Below, piece by piece: positions 1-8,384 of a DNA stretch of 54,701 nucleotides. A model generated the notes under the pieces. That model saw only the letters and a list, made by a program, of their open reading frames with translations, ran no database searches and was not told the origin of the DNA. The stretch covers positions 1 through 54,701 of the forward strand of contig CAKSCN010000002.1 of NCBI GenBank assembly GCA_934444485.1. The letters are read 5' to 3'. The position numbers and the translations under genes are program-made. The stretch comes from an uncultured Eubacteriales bacterium. GTDB lineage: Bacteria > Bacillota > Clostridia > Oscillospirales > CAG-382. Position 1 is the stretch's first letter; the number at the start of each line of letters is the position of its first letter.

Positions 1-497
1 TCGGGTGCGGGTTTGTCGCTTGCGTACATGGTGCAAACCCTGCTCAGCATCACGGCGGCTTCTTCTCTTGTGATCGGAGAAAACGGATCGAAAAGATTAT
101 TTCCTTTTCCCTTTACGATACCCATTGCCGCCGCCGTCATAATGTAATTTGCATATTCGGAGTCGGCAAGATCGTCAAACATAGTGATCTCGTCCGCCGG
201 CACCTTTGACAAGCTTCCGCCGTTTATATATAAATACTGCATATCGTCAAAATCCATATTGTTTTGATAGGCGGCGAACATCATGGCGGTTACGGCAAAC
301 TCTTCTCTTGTGATGTTTTTCGAATAATCCTTTTGCAGATTTTCCGCAACGATCCCAAGCTCGACGGCTTCTTCGATTTCGGCTGCCGCCCATTCCGACA
401 TATCGTTGTCGTCAAGAGCAAAAGACACGGGTGCCGCCGCCGTGAGCATAAGAAGCGACAGTAAAAGTGCGGTGATAATTTTAAACGCTTTTGTCAT
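1..497 (-). CDS. SLH-like secreted protein, partial (C-terminal part lies beyond the window start)
   Basis: Absent from the ORF track because it runs off the edge. The reverse strand from the ATG at 497 reads MTKAFKIITALLLSLLMLTAAAPVSFALDDNDMSEWAAAEIEEAVE..., a signal peptide plus an SLH-like W-A...E...A motif. The N-terminus is near-identical to the 1741..2397 product. Confidence 0.65.
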   Translation of the reverse strand, partial: MTKAFKIITALLLSLLMLTAAAPVSFALDDNDMSEWAAAEIEEAVELGIVAENLQKDYSKNITREEFAVTAMMFAAYQNNMDFDDMQYLYINGGSLSKVPADEITMFDDLADSEYANYIMTAAAMGIVKGKGNNLFDPFSPITREEAAVMLSRVCTMYASDKPAP

Positions 498-557
498 GAT
501 ATCAGACCTTTCTTGTCATTAGTGTTTTCAGTCGAATCAGCATGAAGCTCGTCAACA

Positions 558-1634
558 TCAATCGATCCTATACACCTTTGCATTTTCCAAATCGATTTTA
601 TAGTTTCGCCTTGTCTCTTTGCCGTTTGTCCTGTCAATCCACGTGCAGTACAGAGATTTTCCGTCATTGCTGAATTCGTAAAGCTTCTCGTCAAAGTATT
701 GCAGAGGAATATTTTCAAGCTGCTTCACCATATTTTTTCTTCCGCCGTTTTTGTAGATGATCCAAAAGTATTGGTTGCCGTTATGAATTGCCGAAGCATT
801 ACCTACCTCTATCGCACAGAATTCGTTTTCTCCGCTGTAGAAACTCCGGTAATTCGTAGTGCCAAGCGTGGAGGCTATGCGCAAATTCTCAAAAGAAGCA
901 AAGCAGGTATTGTCATTGTGATATCGGCTTATCAGGTTTTCGTTTTTGCAAAGCCGCATAAATGTTGCGTAGCATTGCTCACGGGTGTAAAGCCCTTTGG
1001 GCGAGAAAGAGCCGTCCGGCATTCCCTGCATTACGTCCAACGAATAAATCCTCTTCACGGACTCCTTTGCCCAATCGGAAACCTCGTCAAAGTCCTTGAT
1101 ATCTCCGGTGTCTTTCTCGGGAATATTGTTGTTTTCCTCCCACAAACCACAAACTCTGTCGAGCATAACGGCGGCTTCCTCGCGTGTAATCGGAGAGTCC
1201 GGATCGAAGACTTTGGGGCTTCTTCCGTTTACTATTCCGAGGCACATGGCAAAATATAGGAGGTTCTGGTATGGGTAACCTCTTTCATAGTCGCCATCCA
1301 CATCGCTGAAATAATCTCTGTCTCTATTCGTTTTTACCTTTTCTTTCAATTTTGGTGAGCTGTAATAGGAAGCCGGCAATTTACTCATATCGCCCATATC
1401 CATATTATTCTGATACGCAACATACATAAGCGAAGTTATGGCAAACTCTTCCCTCGTGATATTGTTTCCGTAGCCGCTCCTGAACTTTTCGGGAACGATT
1501 CCGAGATTTATCGCTTCTTCAACCTCCTCCTTTGCCCAGTCGGACACACCGTCGGCGGCATATGCGGTAAAAGACGAAATTGCGAAAACGCCGGTTAACA
1601 GCGCAGATGTGATGCGCAAAAATATTCTTTTCAT
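558..1634 (-). CDS. Secreted protein with two SLH-like repeats and an unknown conserved C-terminal domain
   Basis: Track ORF 558..1652 begins at a TTG overlapping the RBS. GGAGGG 10 nt upstream favours the ATG at 1634, giving the signal peptide MKRIFLRITSALLTGVFAISSFTAYA. Repeats are DWAKEEVEEAINLGIVPE...ITREEFA and DWAKESVKRIYSLDVMQG. Paralogue of 2457..3587. Confidence 0.75.
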   Translation of the reverse strand: MKRIFLRITSALLTGVFAISSFTAYAADGVSDWAKEEVEEAINLGIVPEKFRSGYGNNITREEFAITSLMYVAYQNNMDMGDMSKLPASYYSSPKLKEKVKTNRDRDYFSDVDGDYERGYPYQNLLYFAMCLGIVNGRSPKVFDPDSPITREEAAVMLDRVCGLWEENNNIPEKDTGDIKDFDEVSDWAKESVKRIYSLDVMQGMPDGSFSPKGLYTREQCYATFMRLCKNENLISRYHNDNTCFASFENLRIASTLGTTNYRSFYSGENEFCAIEVGNASAIHNGNQYFWIIYKNGGRKNMVKQLENIPLQYFDEKLYEFSNDGKSLYCTWIDRTNGKETRRNYKIDLENAKVYRID

Positions 1635-1667
1635 GTCATGATATCCCTCCAAAATAAACCATAGGTA

Positions 1668-1693
1668 GGGGTCAGCTTTTGAGGGCCGACCCC
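1668..1693 (-). terminator. Hairpin GGGGTC-N14-GACCCC between cassette genes (terminator or 5-prime UTR structure); second copy at 3621..3646
   Basis: Inverted repeat read directly. On the minus strand it is followed by the moderately U-rich UACCUAUGGUUUAUUUU and then the RBS of the next gene. Confidence 0.35.
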
Positions 1694-1740
1694 ACGGGTT
1701 GAGATGATTTTACATTAAAATGTCATTATTGGGGCGGATA

Positions 1741-2397
1741 TCAAAGCCCGGATAAGTCGTTTTTTATGAATCTCGAAATTGCCACAAAGTACTGTTCACG
1801 AGTAAAAATGCTCTGCGGAGCAAGTCTTCTTTCGCTTACTCCACGCATAATTCTGAAATCGTATACTACCCGCCATGCACCCGGGCGTGCGCCTATGCTT
1901 TCGTCCAAATCGTCAACATACTTATCCAAAAAATTAGCGGTTTGACTGAGTTTCCAGCCGGTTCTCCATCCCCCATACAGCCCTCCGAGGTAATCCGCCC
2001 CCTCGTCACGTGTCATGACCTTGTCGGGATTGAAATTTCCGTTCTCGTCAAGCGTCATCAATTCGTATTTCAGAGCGGTTCTCACGGCGTCCGTATACTC
2101 TGCGTTTTTTATTTCTGCGATATCTTTCGGCTCTTCAAAGTCGGTTGCCGGGAAATGCGGGTCTCCTTTGTTAAACAGTCTCACCATTACTACGGCGAAC
2201 TCTTCACGTGTTATTCCCTTGCGGTAATCGCAAAGAAGCTCATCGGGAATGAGTCCGAAGTCTTTCGCTTTCTCGACTTCTTCCTTTGCCCAATCGGAAA
2301 TCTCGTTGTCGTCAAGAGCAAAAGACACGGGTGCCGCCGACGTGAGCATAAGAAGCGACAGTAAAAGTGCGGTAATAATTTTAAATGCTTTTGTCAT
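1741..2397 (-). CDS. Small secreted SLH-like protein (218 aa)
   Basis: Signal peptide MTKAFKIITALLLSLLMLTSAAPVSFA, followed by SDWAKEEVEKAKDFGLIPDE...ITREEFAVVMVRL. Confidence 0.75.
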   Translation of the reverse strand: MTKAFKIITALLLSLLMLTSAAPVSFALDDNEISDWAKEEVEKAKDFGLIPDELLCDYRKGITREEFAVVMVRLFNKGDPHFPATDFEEPKDIAEIKNAEYTDAVRTALKYELMTLDENGNFNPDKVMTRDEGADYLGGLYGGWRTGWKLSQTANFLDKYVDDLDESIGARPGAWRVVYDFRIMRGVSERRLAPQSIFTREQYFVAISRFIKNDLSGL

Positions 2398-2456
2398 GGT
2401 ATCAGACCTTTCTTGTCATTAGTGTTTTCAGTCGAATCCGATGAAGCTCGTCAACA

Positions 2457-3587
2457 TCAATCGATCCTATACACCTTTGCATTTTCCAAATCAATTTTAT
2501 AGTTTCGCCTTGTCTCTTTGCCGTTTGTCCTGTCAATCCACGTGCAGTACAGCGATTTCCCGTCATTGCTGAATTCGTAAAGCTTCTCGTCGAATAGCCG
2601 CAAGGACATTTTTCCGAATTGTCCCGCCACATTTTTTCTTCCGCCGTTTTTGTAGATGATCCAAAAAAAGGGATTGTCGTTATGAATTGCCGGAGTATTA
2701 CCTACCTCTACCGCACAGAACTCGTTTTCTCCGCTGTAGTAATCATAGTAGTTTCTATATTCATAGCTTGTGGCTTCTTCTCGCAAATCCTCAAAAGAAG
2801 CAAAGCAGGCGTTGTCATTGTGATATCGGCTTATCAGGTTTTCGTTTTTGCAAAGCCGCATAAACGTTGCGTAGCATTGCTCACGGGTGTAAAGCCCTTT
2901 GGGAGAAAAAGAGCCGTCGGGCATTCCCTGCATTACGTCCAACGAATAAATCCTCTTCACGGACTCCTTTGCCCACTCCGAAACCTCGTCAAAGTCCTTG
3001 ATATCTCCTGTGTCCTTTTCGGGGATATTGTTGTTTTCCTCCCACAAACCACAAACTCTGTCGAGCATAACGGCGGCTTCCTCGCGTGTAATCGGAGAGT
3101 CCGGATCGAAGACTTTGGGGCTTCTTCCCTTTACAATTCCGAAGCACTCGGCATAATAAATGAGATCTTCATTTCTGAATAGGAATAACGGATTGGCAAC
3201 CGTGCCGTATTCGCCTTTTACATCGATGAAACGCCTTCCGTTTTCCGTTTCATCCAATCTTATTCTTTCCTTGTTCTTCTCTATTCTTTCTTTCAGCGAG
3301 CTGGGAACCCTGTAGCTGCTATCAACATATAGTTTGCACATATCGTCCATGTCCATATTGTTCTGATACGCAACATACATAAGCGAAGTTATGGCAAACT
3401 CTTCTCTTGTGATATTGTTTCCGTAGTCGCTTCTGTACTTTTCGGGAACGATTCCGAGATCTATCGCTTCTTCGACTTCTTCCTTTGCCCAGCCTGACAC
3501 ACCGTCGGCGGCATATGCGGTAAAAGACGAAATTGCGAAAACGCCGGTTAACAGCGCAGATGTGATGCGCAAAAATATTCTTTTCAT
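2457..3587 (-). CDS. Secreted protein with two SLH-like repeats, paralogue of 558..1634
   Basis: Same TTG/RBS situation as the paralogue, so the ATG at 3587 is preferred. The N-terminal ~95 aa and the C-terminal ~110 aa are almost identical to 558..1634, and the middle is divergent. Confidence 0.75.
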   Translation of the reverse strand: MKRIFLRITSALLTGVFAISSFTAYAADGVSGWAKEEVEEAIDLGIVPEKYRSDYGNNITREEFAITSLMYVAYQNNMDMDDMCKLYVDSSYRVPSSLKERIEKNKERIRLDETENGRRFIDVKGEYGTVANPLFLFRNEDLIYYAECFGIVKGRSPKVFDPDSPITREEAAVMLDRVCGLWEENNNIPEKDTGDIKDFDEVSEWAKESVKRIYSLDVMQGMPDGSFSPKGLYTREQCYATFMRLCKNENLISRYHNDNACFASFEDLREEATSYEYRNYYDYYSGENEFCAVEVGNTPAIHNDNPFFWIIYKNGGRKNVAGQFGKMSLRLFDEKLYEFSNDGKSLYCTWIDRTNGKETRRNYKIDLENAKVYRID

Positions 3588-3660
3588 GTCATGATATCCC
3601 TCCAAAATAAACCATAGGCAGGGGTCAGCTTTTGAGGGCCGACCCCACGGGTTGAGATGA

Positions 3661-4791
3661 TTAGGTTATAATCAGCTTATCGTTGTTGTCTCTGCCTTTG
3701 TAGCTGATATTGACCTTTTCGGTGCTCGGCGTAACGTCTATAAACTCATCGTTAAATGCAACCGCATACTGATTTATGGCAGAATTATACGGCCATGTGC
3801 CGGAAGAAGTCCCTCGTTTGATTGAACAGTCTTTAAAAGCCACGCCTTTGAAGTATTCTCCGCTGTTCAAATCTGTTGCGACGACACCGGGATCCGACGA
3901 ATTGCGAGGGCAAAGCGAAACAGACCTATATACCTCATGAGCCTTGCCGTCGCCGTAATAACCGTTGGCGGAAACACTTGCTGTATAACCCGAGTCGGTT
4001 ATGTTTGTAAAAATTCCGTCTTTCGTCCAAAGTTTGCCGTCATAGATAACTTTGAAAAGCAAATTATTGCCGAACAGATTCATCTCAAGCGTTACATCTT
4101 TTCCGGTATTTATCGAGTCTGTAATAGGGTTGCCAATGGTTGAAAGCTCATATCCGGTTCCGGGATCGATGTTTGTTACCACATACCACTTATATCCCGA
4201 ACCGACCTTTCGCAGCTGCAACCCTATCTCGCAGCCGCATGCTACCGCACGGATACCCAAAAAGAAATATGCGTTGTTTAAATACGTCAGATTTGTTCCT
4301 ATTCCCGACAGCGTAACGGTTACTTTTGCTGAGGTTGTCGATTTGCCGTCATAAGCCGACGACAGAGAACGCACAGCGTAGTAGCCGCCTGAAATTTTCT
4401 CCTGACGAGTATATACATCTTTCAGGCTGACGGCATTGTGTTTGTAAAGCACGGTTGATCTGCTGTTTGACATTGCGCCCGTTCCGTCAATCGCCTTGCT
4501 GTATCTGTAGTTGTTCAGCCACGTCAGCATTTTTGATTCATTGTCAAGTGTCGAGCATCCGGAGATTAAGTCACTGTGGCTGTATGACAAATTCGACGCT
4601 TTTGTTATGTAATCGTTGAATTGGTACAGATAAAAATCATTTGCATTGTCGTCTTTGCGGAAAACGACTCTGTTGTTGCCGTCTTTTATTTCTGTGCCGG
4701 TGGCCATGCCTTTGAGAGCGATCAGGGCTTTGTAAAATGTCGGATAAGTAGTGTTGTTTATTTTGTAAGTCGTGTCGGGTCTGAAAGCCAT
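3661..4791 (-). CDS. Hypothetical protein, 376 aa, no signal peptide, family not recognised
   Basis: Long ORF with RBS AAAGGAG 7 nt upstream of the ATG. It lies immediately upstream (same strand) of the SLH-like cassette and looks more AT-rich than neighbours by eye. Confidence 0.6.
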   Translation of the reverse strand: MAFRPDTTYKINNTTYPTFYKALIALKGMATGTEIKDGNNRVVFRKDDNANDFYLYQFNDYITKASNLSYSHSDLISGCSTLDNESKMLTWLNNYRYSKAIDGTGAMSNSRSTVLYKHNAVSLKDVYTRQEKISGGYYAVRSLSSAYDGKSTTSAKVTVTLSGIGTNLTYLNNAYFFLGIRAVACGCEIGLQLRKVGSGYKWYVVTNIDPGTGYELSTIGNPITDSINTGKDVTLEMNLFGNNLLFKVIYDGKLWTKDGIFTNITDSGYTASVSANGYYGDGKAHEVYRSVSLCPRNSSDPGVVATDLNSGEYFKGVAFKDCSIKRGTSSGTWPYNSAINQYAVAFNDEFIDVTPSTEKVNISYKGRDNNDKLIIT

Positions 4792-5088
4792 AATTATCTC
4801 CTTTCGCTTAAATCGTCCTTGTCTCTAACGTCAAATTCATATCTGCAATTAAATCAAACCATTGTCATCACCCCGCAACACTTCCGTCTGTTTAGACTTG
4901 CTTAATCACAAAATGTTCCGCAACAGTCAAAAAAATTCTGCGTTTTACGAAACAAATCGGATTTTGAGGAAAAATCCGTCCTCACTCTATATAACCGTTT
5001 TCGGAGCGATTTTGTCAGCGGTTTTTTGAAAAAAGTTTAATTTCTCCCTTTTACACAAAAACAAAGCCTCGCTTTTGGGCAAAATGAT

Positions 5089-5117
5089 AAGGCACCCCCA
5101 TTTTCGGAGAGTGCCTT
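5089..5117 (-). terminator. Intrinsic terminator hairpin; exact reverse complement of 16339..16367
   Basis: On the minus strand it reads AAGGCACUCUCC-GAAAAU-GGGGGUGCCUU, about 10 bp including G-U pairs, 19 nt after the stop of 5136..6647. Confidence 0.6.
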
Positions 5118-5135
5118 TTCAAATTATGCGCTTTA

Positions 5136-6647
5136 TTATTCAGCCATGCCGAGCTTTATGGTTTTTCCCTTGATTTCGGTCTTGCCGCCGTCGGTCGCGA
5201 CGGAGTCCGCAGTCAAGCCCACACGGTAGTTTGTACCGTCGAAGGTGAAGTCCGCACCGTCGGCGTTTACTGTTGCGCCGTCAAAGCTTCCGAAGCTCCA
5301 CGCAAGTCTCGTTTCGCCGCCCGTTACCGTGATGCACTTTTCGTCAAGACGGATTGCGGTCTCGTCCGCACTGCCCTCAGCCTTTGCGTATACGACAAGT
5401 GCGCCGCCGTCACGCTCTGTACGAAGGTATTCGTACTTTCCCTCAAATTCAAGGTCGGCGTCGTCGTTCTCGGTACACCAGATGCGCTCGTTTACGACGG
5501 GCAGTGCGTAGTACTCCGCTTTCCAGTCGAGGCACGGTGCGTCAAGGTAAGGCTCACGGAGCTTTTCGTCGTACTTCTGTATGTCACGGAAGTAGAGCCT
5601 GTCTCTGTCGAACATCACGTTCGCACGGTAGTACTTTCCCGTGTACCAGAACGAACGGTATCTCTTGCCGTTTATCGGAGCGTCCTCTTCGGCAACAAGA
5701 GCCGCCGGTGGGGTCATTTCGTAGGTTTCGGCGAACCTCTCTCCGGCGTCGCACATCTTCATGACCTCGACCTTGCCTGCGTCGGCATACTCCCTGAGAA
5801 GCTCATACTGCATCGCAAGTCCGTCCTTCATCGCTTTCCAGCCGAAGCTGTTCTCCTGACCTATCTGCGTGTAGGCGATGCCGAGATTTTCTTTGTCAAA
5901 GTAGCACTCGAAGAACCATCTCATGTAGTCCTTATCCTGTCCGTACTTCCATACCGGCTCCATCGTCGCACAGCCGCCGCACTTCGGGTCGTTGGCGTAG
6001 CGTGTCTCCCAGTAGCCTCTTATTGGCTCTATTCCGAGAAGACGGAACACCGGTGCGTGAAGCTCGTTCTCCTTGGTTGAGGCAGGGCAGAGTATATTGT
6101 TTTTCGACGGGAAATAGGGCTGATTGTAGGGACCGCCCCAGAGGGTGTAGGCGTCAACTCCGAGCTGTTCACGGCATATGCCGAACGCCTTTACGCCGTA
6201 CTTTTCGCTCATGTAGCGGACGGAGTCGATATCGAGAAGCCACGAGCCTGCGCTCTTCGGATATTCGCCGAAAACCTCTCGGAACTTTTCCATAAGCTCG
6301 TCGATGAGCAACGTCTTCTGCTCATATGTGTACGACGGAAGAAAGCCGGGGTCAACGTGCCAGTCCCAGTCGTAGCCGGGTCTTCCTCTCCACGCTATTC
6401 CCACCTTTTCGACAAGCGGACGTACTATCTCTATCCACACGCCGAGCTCTGTCTTTTCGTCACGCTCCGCAAGGAAAACGTCCGAGAACTTCTTGTCGAT
6501 TATCGCATCGTACTGAAGAAGAAACGTGTTCTCGAAGCCGAACCTTTTGTTGAGCGCAATCTGACCGAGTACCGGCGCAAGAAGGTCGAGAGAGGGGTTT
6601 CTCGGCTCAACGCCTCTGACAAAATTCATTATGTTCACTATATTCAT
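5136..6647 (-). CDS. Hypothetical cytoplasmic protein, possibly carbohydrate-active; family not recognised with confidence
   Basis: 503-aa ORF with RBS AAAGGAA 8 nt upstream and no signal peptide. It shares its terminator hairpin with the GH28 gene. Confidence 0.55.
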   Translation of the reverse strand: MNIVNIMNFVRGVEPRNPSLDLLAPVLGQIALNKRFGFENTFLLQYDAIIDKKFSDVFLAERDEKTELGVWIEIVRPLVEKVGIAWRGRPGYDWDWHVDPGFLPSYTYEQKTLLIDELMEKFREVFGEYPKSAGSWLLDIDSVRYMSEKYGVKAFGICREQLGVDAYTLWGGPYNQPYFPSKNNILCPASTKENELHAPVFRLLGIEPIRGYWETRYANDPKCGGCATMEPVWKYGQDKDYMRWFFECYFDKENLGIAYTQIGQENSFGWKAMKDGLAMQYELLREYADAGKVEVMKMCDAGERFAETYEMTPPAALVAEEDAPINGKRYRSFWYTGKYYRANVMFDRDRLYFRDIQKYDEKLREPYLDAPCLDWKAEYYALPVVNERIWCTENDDADLEFEGKYEYLRTERDGGALVVYAKAEGSADETAIRLDEKCITVTGGETRLAWSFGSFDGATVNADGADFTFDGTNYRVGLTADSVATDGGKTEIKGKTIKLGMAE

Positions 6648-6666
6648 AGCGTGAATTCCTTTCGCT

Positions 6667-8028
6667 TTAAATATTTACCCCTTGCTTTTCGGGCTTGTTT
6701 TCGGCGCAGATTCCGATTTCCGAATCCGACTTGCCGATATTTGACGAGGGCTTCTCTGCGGCTTTATCCGCAGTCTTCTCCGCAGACTCTTTCTTTGCGT
6801 TTGCAAGCATAAGCTTGAGTCTGTTCTCCTGATTTACACGGCTTGCGCCGGCGTCGTAGTCTATCGCAACGATGTTGACTCCGGGGAGCATTTCCTTTAT
6901 CGGCTTCATCATGCCCTTGCCGCAGATGTGGTTCGGCAGACAGCCGAAAGGCTGCGTGCATACGACGTTCGGGCAGCCGGACTCGGCAAGCTCTATCATC
7001 TCCGCCGTAAGAAGCCAACCCTCGCCCATCTTGACCGCCGTGTTTATCACGCTCTTCGCTATCTTCACGACGTCCTCAAAGTCGGTCCACGGTCTGAAAG
7101 AACCCTCTTCCTTTATGATATTGTTTATGTCTCGCTTGAAATCGCAGAGCTTTTTGTAGGCGATCTTGAACACCGGGTGCGACAGCACCTTCATTCTGTA
7201 AAGACCGAACTCCGCAACCTCGTTGTAGATGAAGAAAAGGCAGAAGTCGAGAAGTCCCGGCACGACGGGTTCCGCACCCTCGGAAATAAGGAAGTCCTCG
7301 AGTCCGTTGTTTGCAAGAGGGGAGTATTTTACGAATATCTCGCCGACAATGCCCACTCTCACAGCCTCTCTCTTTTCGAGAGGTATCTTTGCGAAGTCGT
7401 CAACCATTTTGCGGCAGTTTTCGAGAACGTCTCTGTAATTCGACCTTTTGCCGCTGCCAAGCTCACGTCCGAGCTTTTCCGTGTACTCTGCGCAGAGTCT
7501 GTCGGTGTCGCCCTTTGTCACTTCATAAGGCTTTGTCTGATTTGCAAGGCTCATCATGAGGTCGCCGTAAGCCGCCGCATAGAACATACTCTTGAGCATC
7601 TTTATGCTGAGCTTGAAGCCGGGGTGATTTTCGAGTCCCAAAAGGCTGAACGATATTACGGGAATGTAACCGTACCCCGCCTTTGCGAGAGCCTTTCTGA
7701 TGAGCGATATGTAATTCGACGCACGGCAGCCGCCGCCTGTCTGGAACATTATGAGCGCCGTCTTTTGCGGATCATACTTTCCCGACTGAAGAGCGTCGAT
7801 GAACTGACCGATAACGAGTATCGCCGGGTAGCAGGTGTCGTTGTGGGTGTACTTGAGTCCCGTCTCGGCAATCTCTTTTCCCGTTGTTTCGAGAAGCTCC
7901 ATGTTGAAGCCGTAGGTACGCATTACGCTGATTATCAGCTTAAAGTGTACCGGCAGCATATTCGGGACAAGTATCTTGTAGTCCCGTTTCATTTCCTTTG
8001 TAAAGGGTATGTACTTTCTGTCTTGCAT
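6667..8028 (-). CDS. 2-hydroxyacyl-CoA dehydratase-related protein (activase-associated partner subunit)
   Basis: N-terminus IPFTKEMKRDYKILVPNMLPVHFKLI...HNDTCYPAILVIGQ...FQTGGGCRASNY is typical of the partner proteins encoded next to BcrA/BadF-type activases. C-terminal part contains CTQPFGCLPNH. Confidence 0.75.
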   Translation of the reverse strand: MQDRKYIPFTKEMKRDYKILVPNMLPVHFKLIISVMRTYGFNMELLETTGKEIAETGLKYTHNDTCYPAILVIGQFIDALQSGKYDPQKTALIMFQTGGGCRASNYISLIRKALAKAGYGYIPVISFSLLGLENHPGFKLSIKMLKSMFYAAAYGDLMMSLANQTKPYEVTKGDTDRLCAEYTEKLGRELGSGKRSNYRDVLENCRKMVDDFAKIPLEKREAVRVGIVGEIFVKYSPLANNGLEDFLISEGAEPVVPGLLDFCLFFIYNEVAEFGLYRMKVLSHPVFKIAYKKLCDFKRDINNIIKEEGSFRPWTDFEDVVKIAKSVINTAVKMGEGWLLTAEMIELAESGCPNVVCTQPFGCLPNHICGKGMMKPIKEMLPGVNIVAIDYDAGASRVNQENRLKLMLANAKKESAEKTADKAAEKPSSNIGKSDSEIGICAENKPEKQGVNI

Positions 8029-8384
8029 AAAACCACCAAACCAAATAAATAATTGAGAATTGAAAATTGAGAATGGAGAATTGAATCAGAGTGGAGAGTA
8101 CGAAAGCAAAGCTTTCGTCAGAGTGAAGAGTGGAGAGTGGAGAGTGGAGTTAAGGTAGAAAAGCTTTGCTTTTCAAATTGGAAATCTCTCTTCCGTTGTC
8201 GTACACGCTTTAAATTCGCACCAAATAATTATTGAAGAAAAACGACGGCAGGAGTTTTTCAACACTAACGTGCCGCAGACACATTTCACATCGAGCGAAG
8301 CGAGATATTTCACGCATTCCGCAAGGAATGCATTTCACGTGTTCCGCAAGGAACACATTTCACTTGGAAAAGCCCTGCTTTTCC
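8029..8384. repeat. Modular repeat locus L1 (microsatellite words, mini-hairpins, GTGAAAT four-hairpin module)
   Basis: Contents: GAGAAT/GAGTGGA 7-nt words at 8051-8086 and 8121-8149. Hairpins ACGAAAGC-AAA-GCTTTCGT, GAAAAGC-TTT-GCTTTTC and GAAAAAC-N10-GTTTTTC. ATTTCAC at 8283, 8307, 8332 and 8357, each separated by a hairpin. Confidence 0.85.

Larger units (their letters stand above)
1..3660 (-). repeat. Tandem duplication of a two-gene cassette (small + large SLH-like secreted protein)
   Basis: Offset of about 1900 bp: 405-700 is near-identical to 2305-2600 (one 1-nt indel) and 1440-1709 is near-identical to 3393-3660. The middles of the paired genes diverge. Confidence 0.85.

Noticed and set aside
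6928-8052. Long antisense ORFs in the track: 6928..8052, 8270..9214, 9893..10834, 17919..19022, 27193..28074, 31788..33200, 43715..44779, 49718..51130 and others.
   Set aside because: Each lies entirely inside a well-supported gene on the opposite strand. They are R/A/V/G-rich with no recognisable motif or RBS. These are typical shadow ORFs of GC-rich coding DNA.
8283-8363. The GTGAAAT/ATTTCAC-spaced variable segments (also at 23700-23775 and 54155-54240) as a miniature repeat-spacer array.
   Set aside because: The period is only 20-25 nt, and the variable parts are 13-18-nt self-complementary hairpins. That is incompatible with CRISPR repeat and spacer dimensions.
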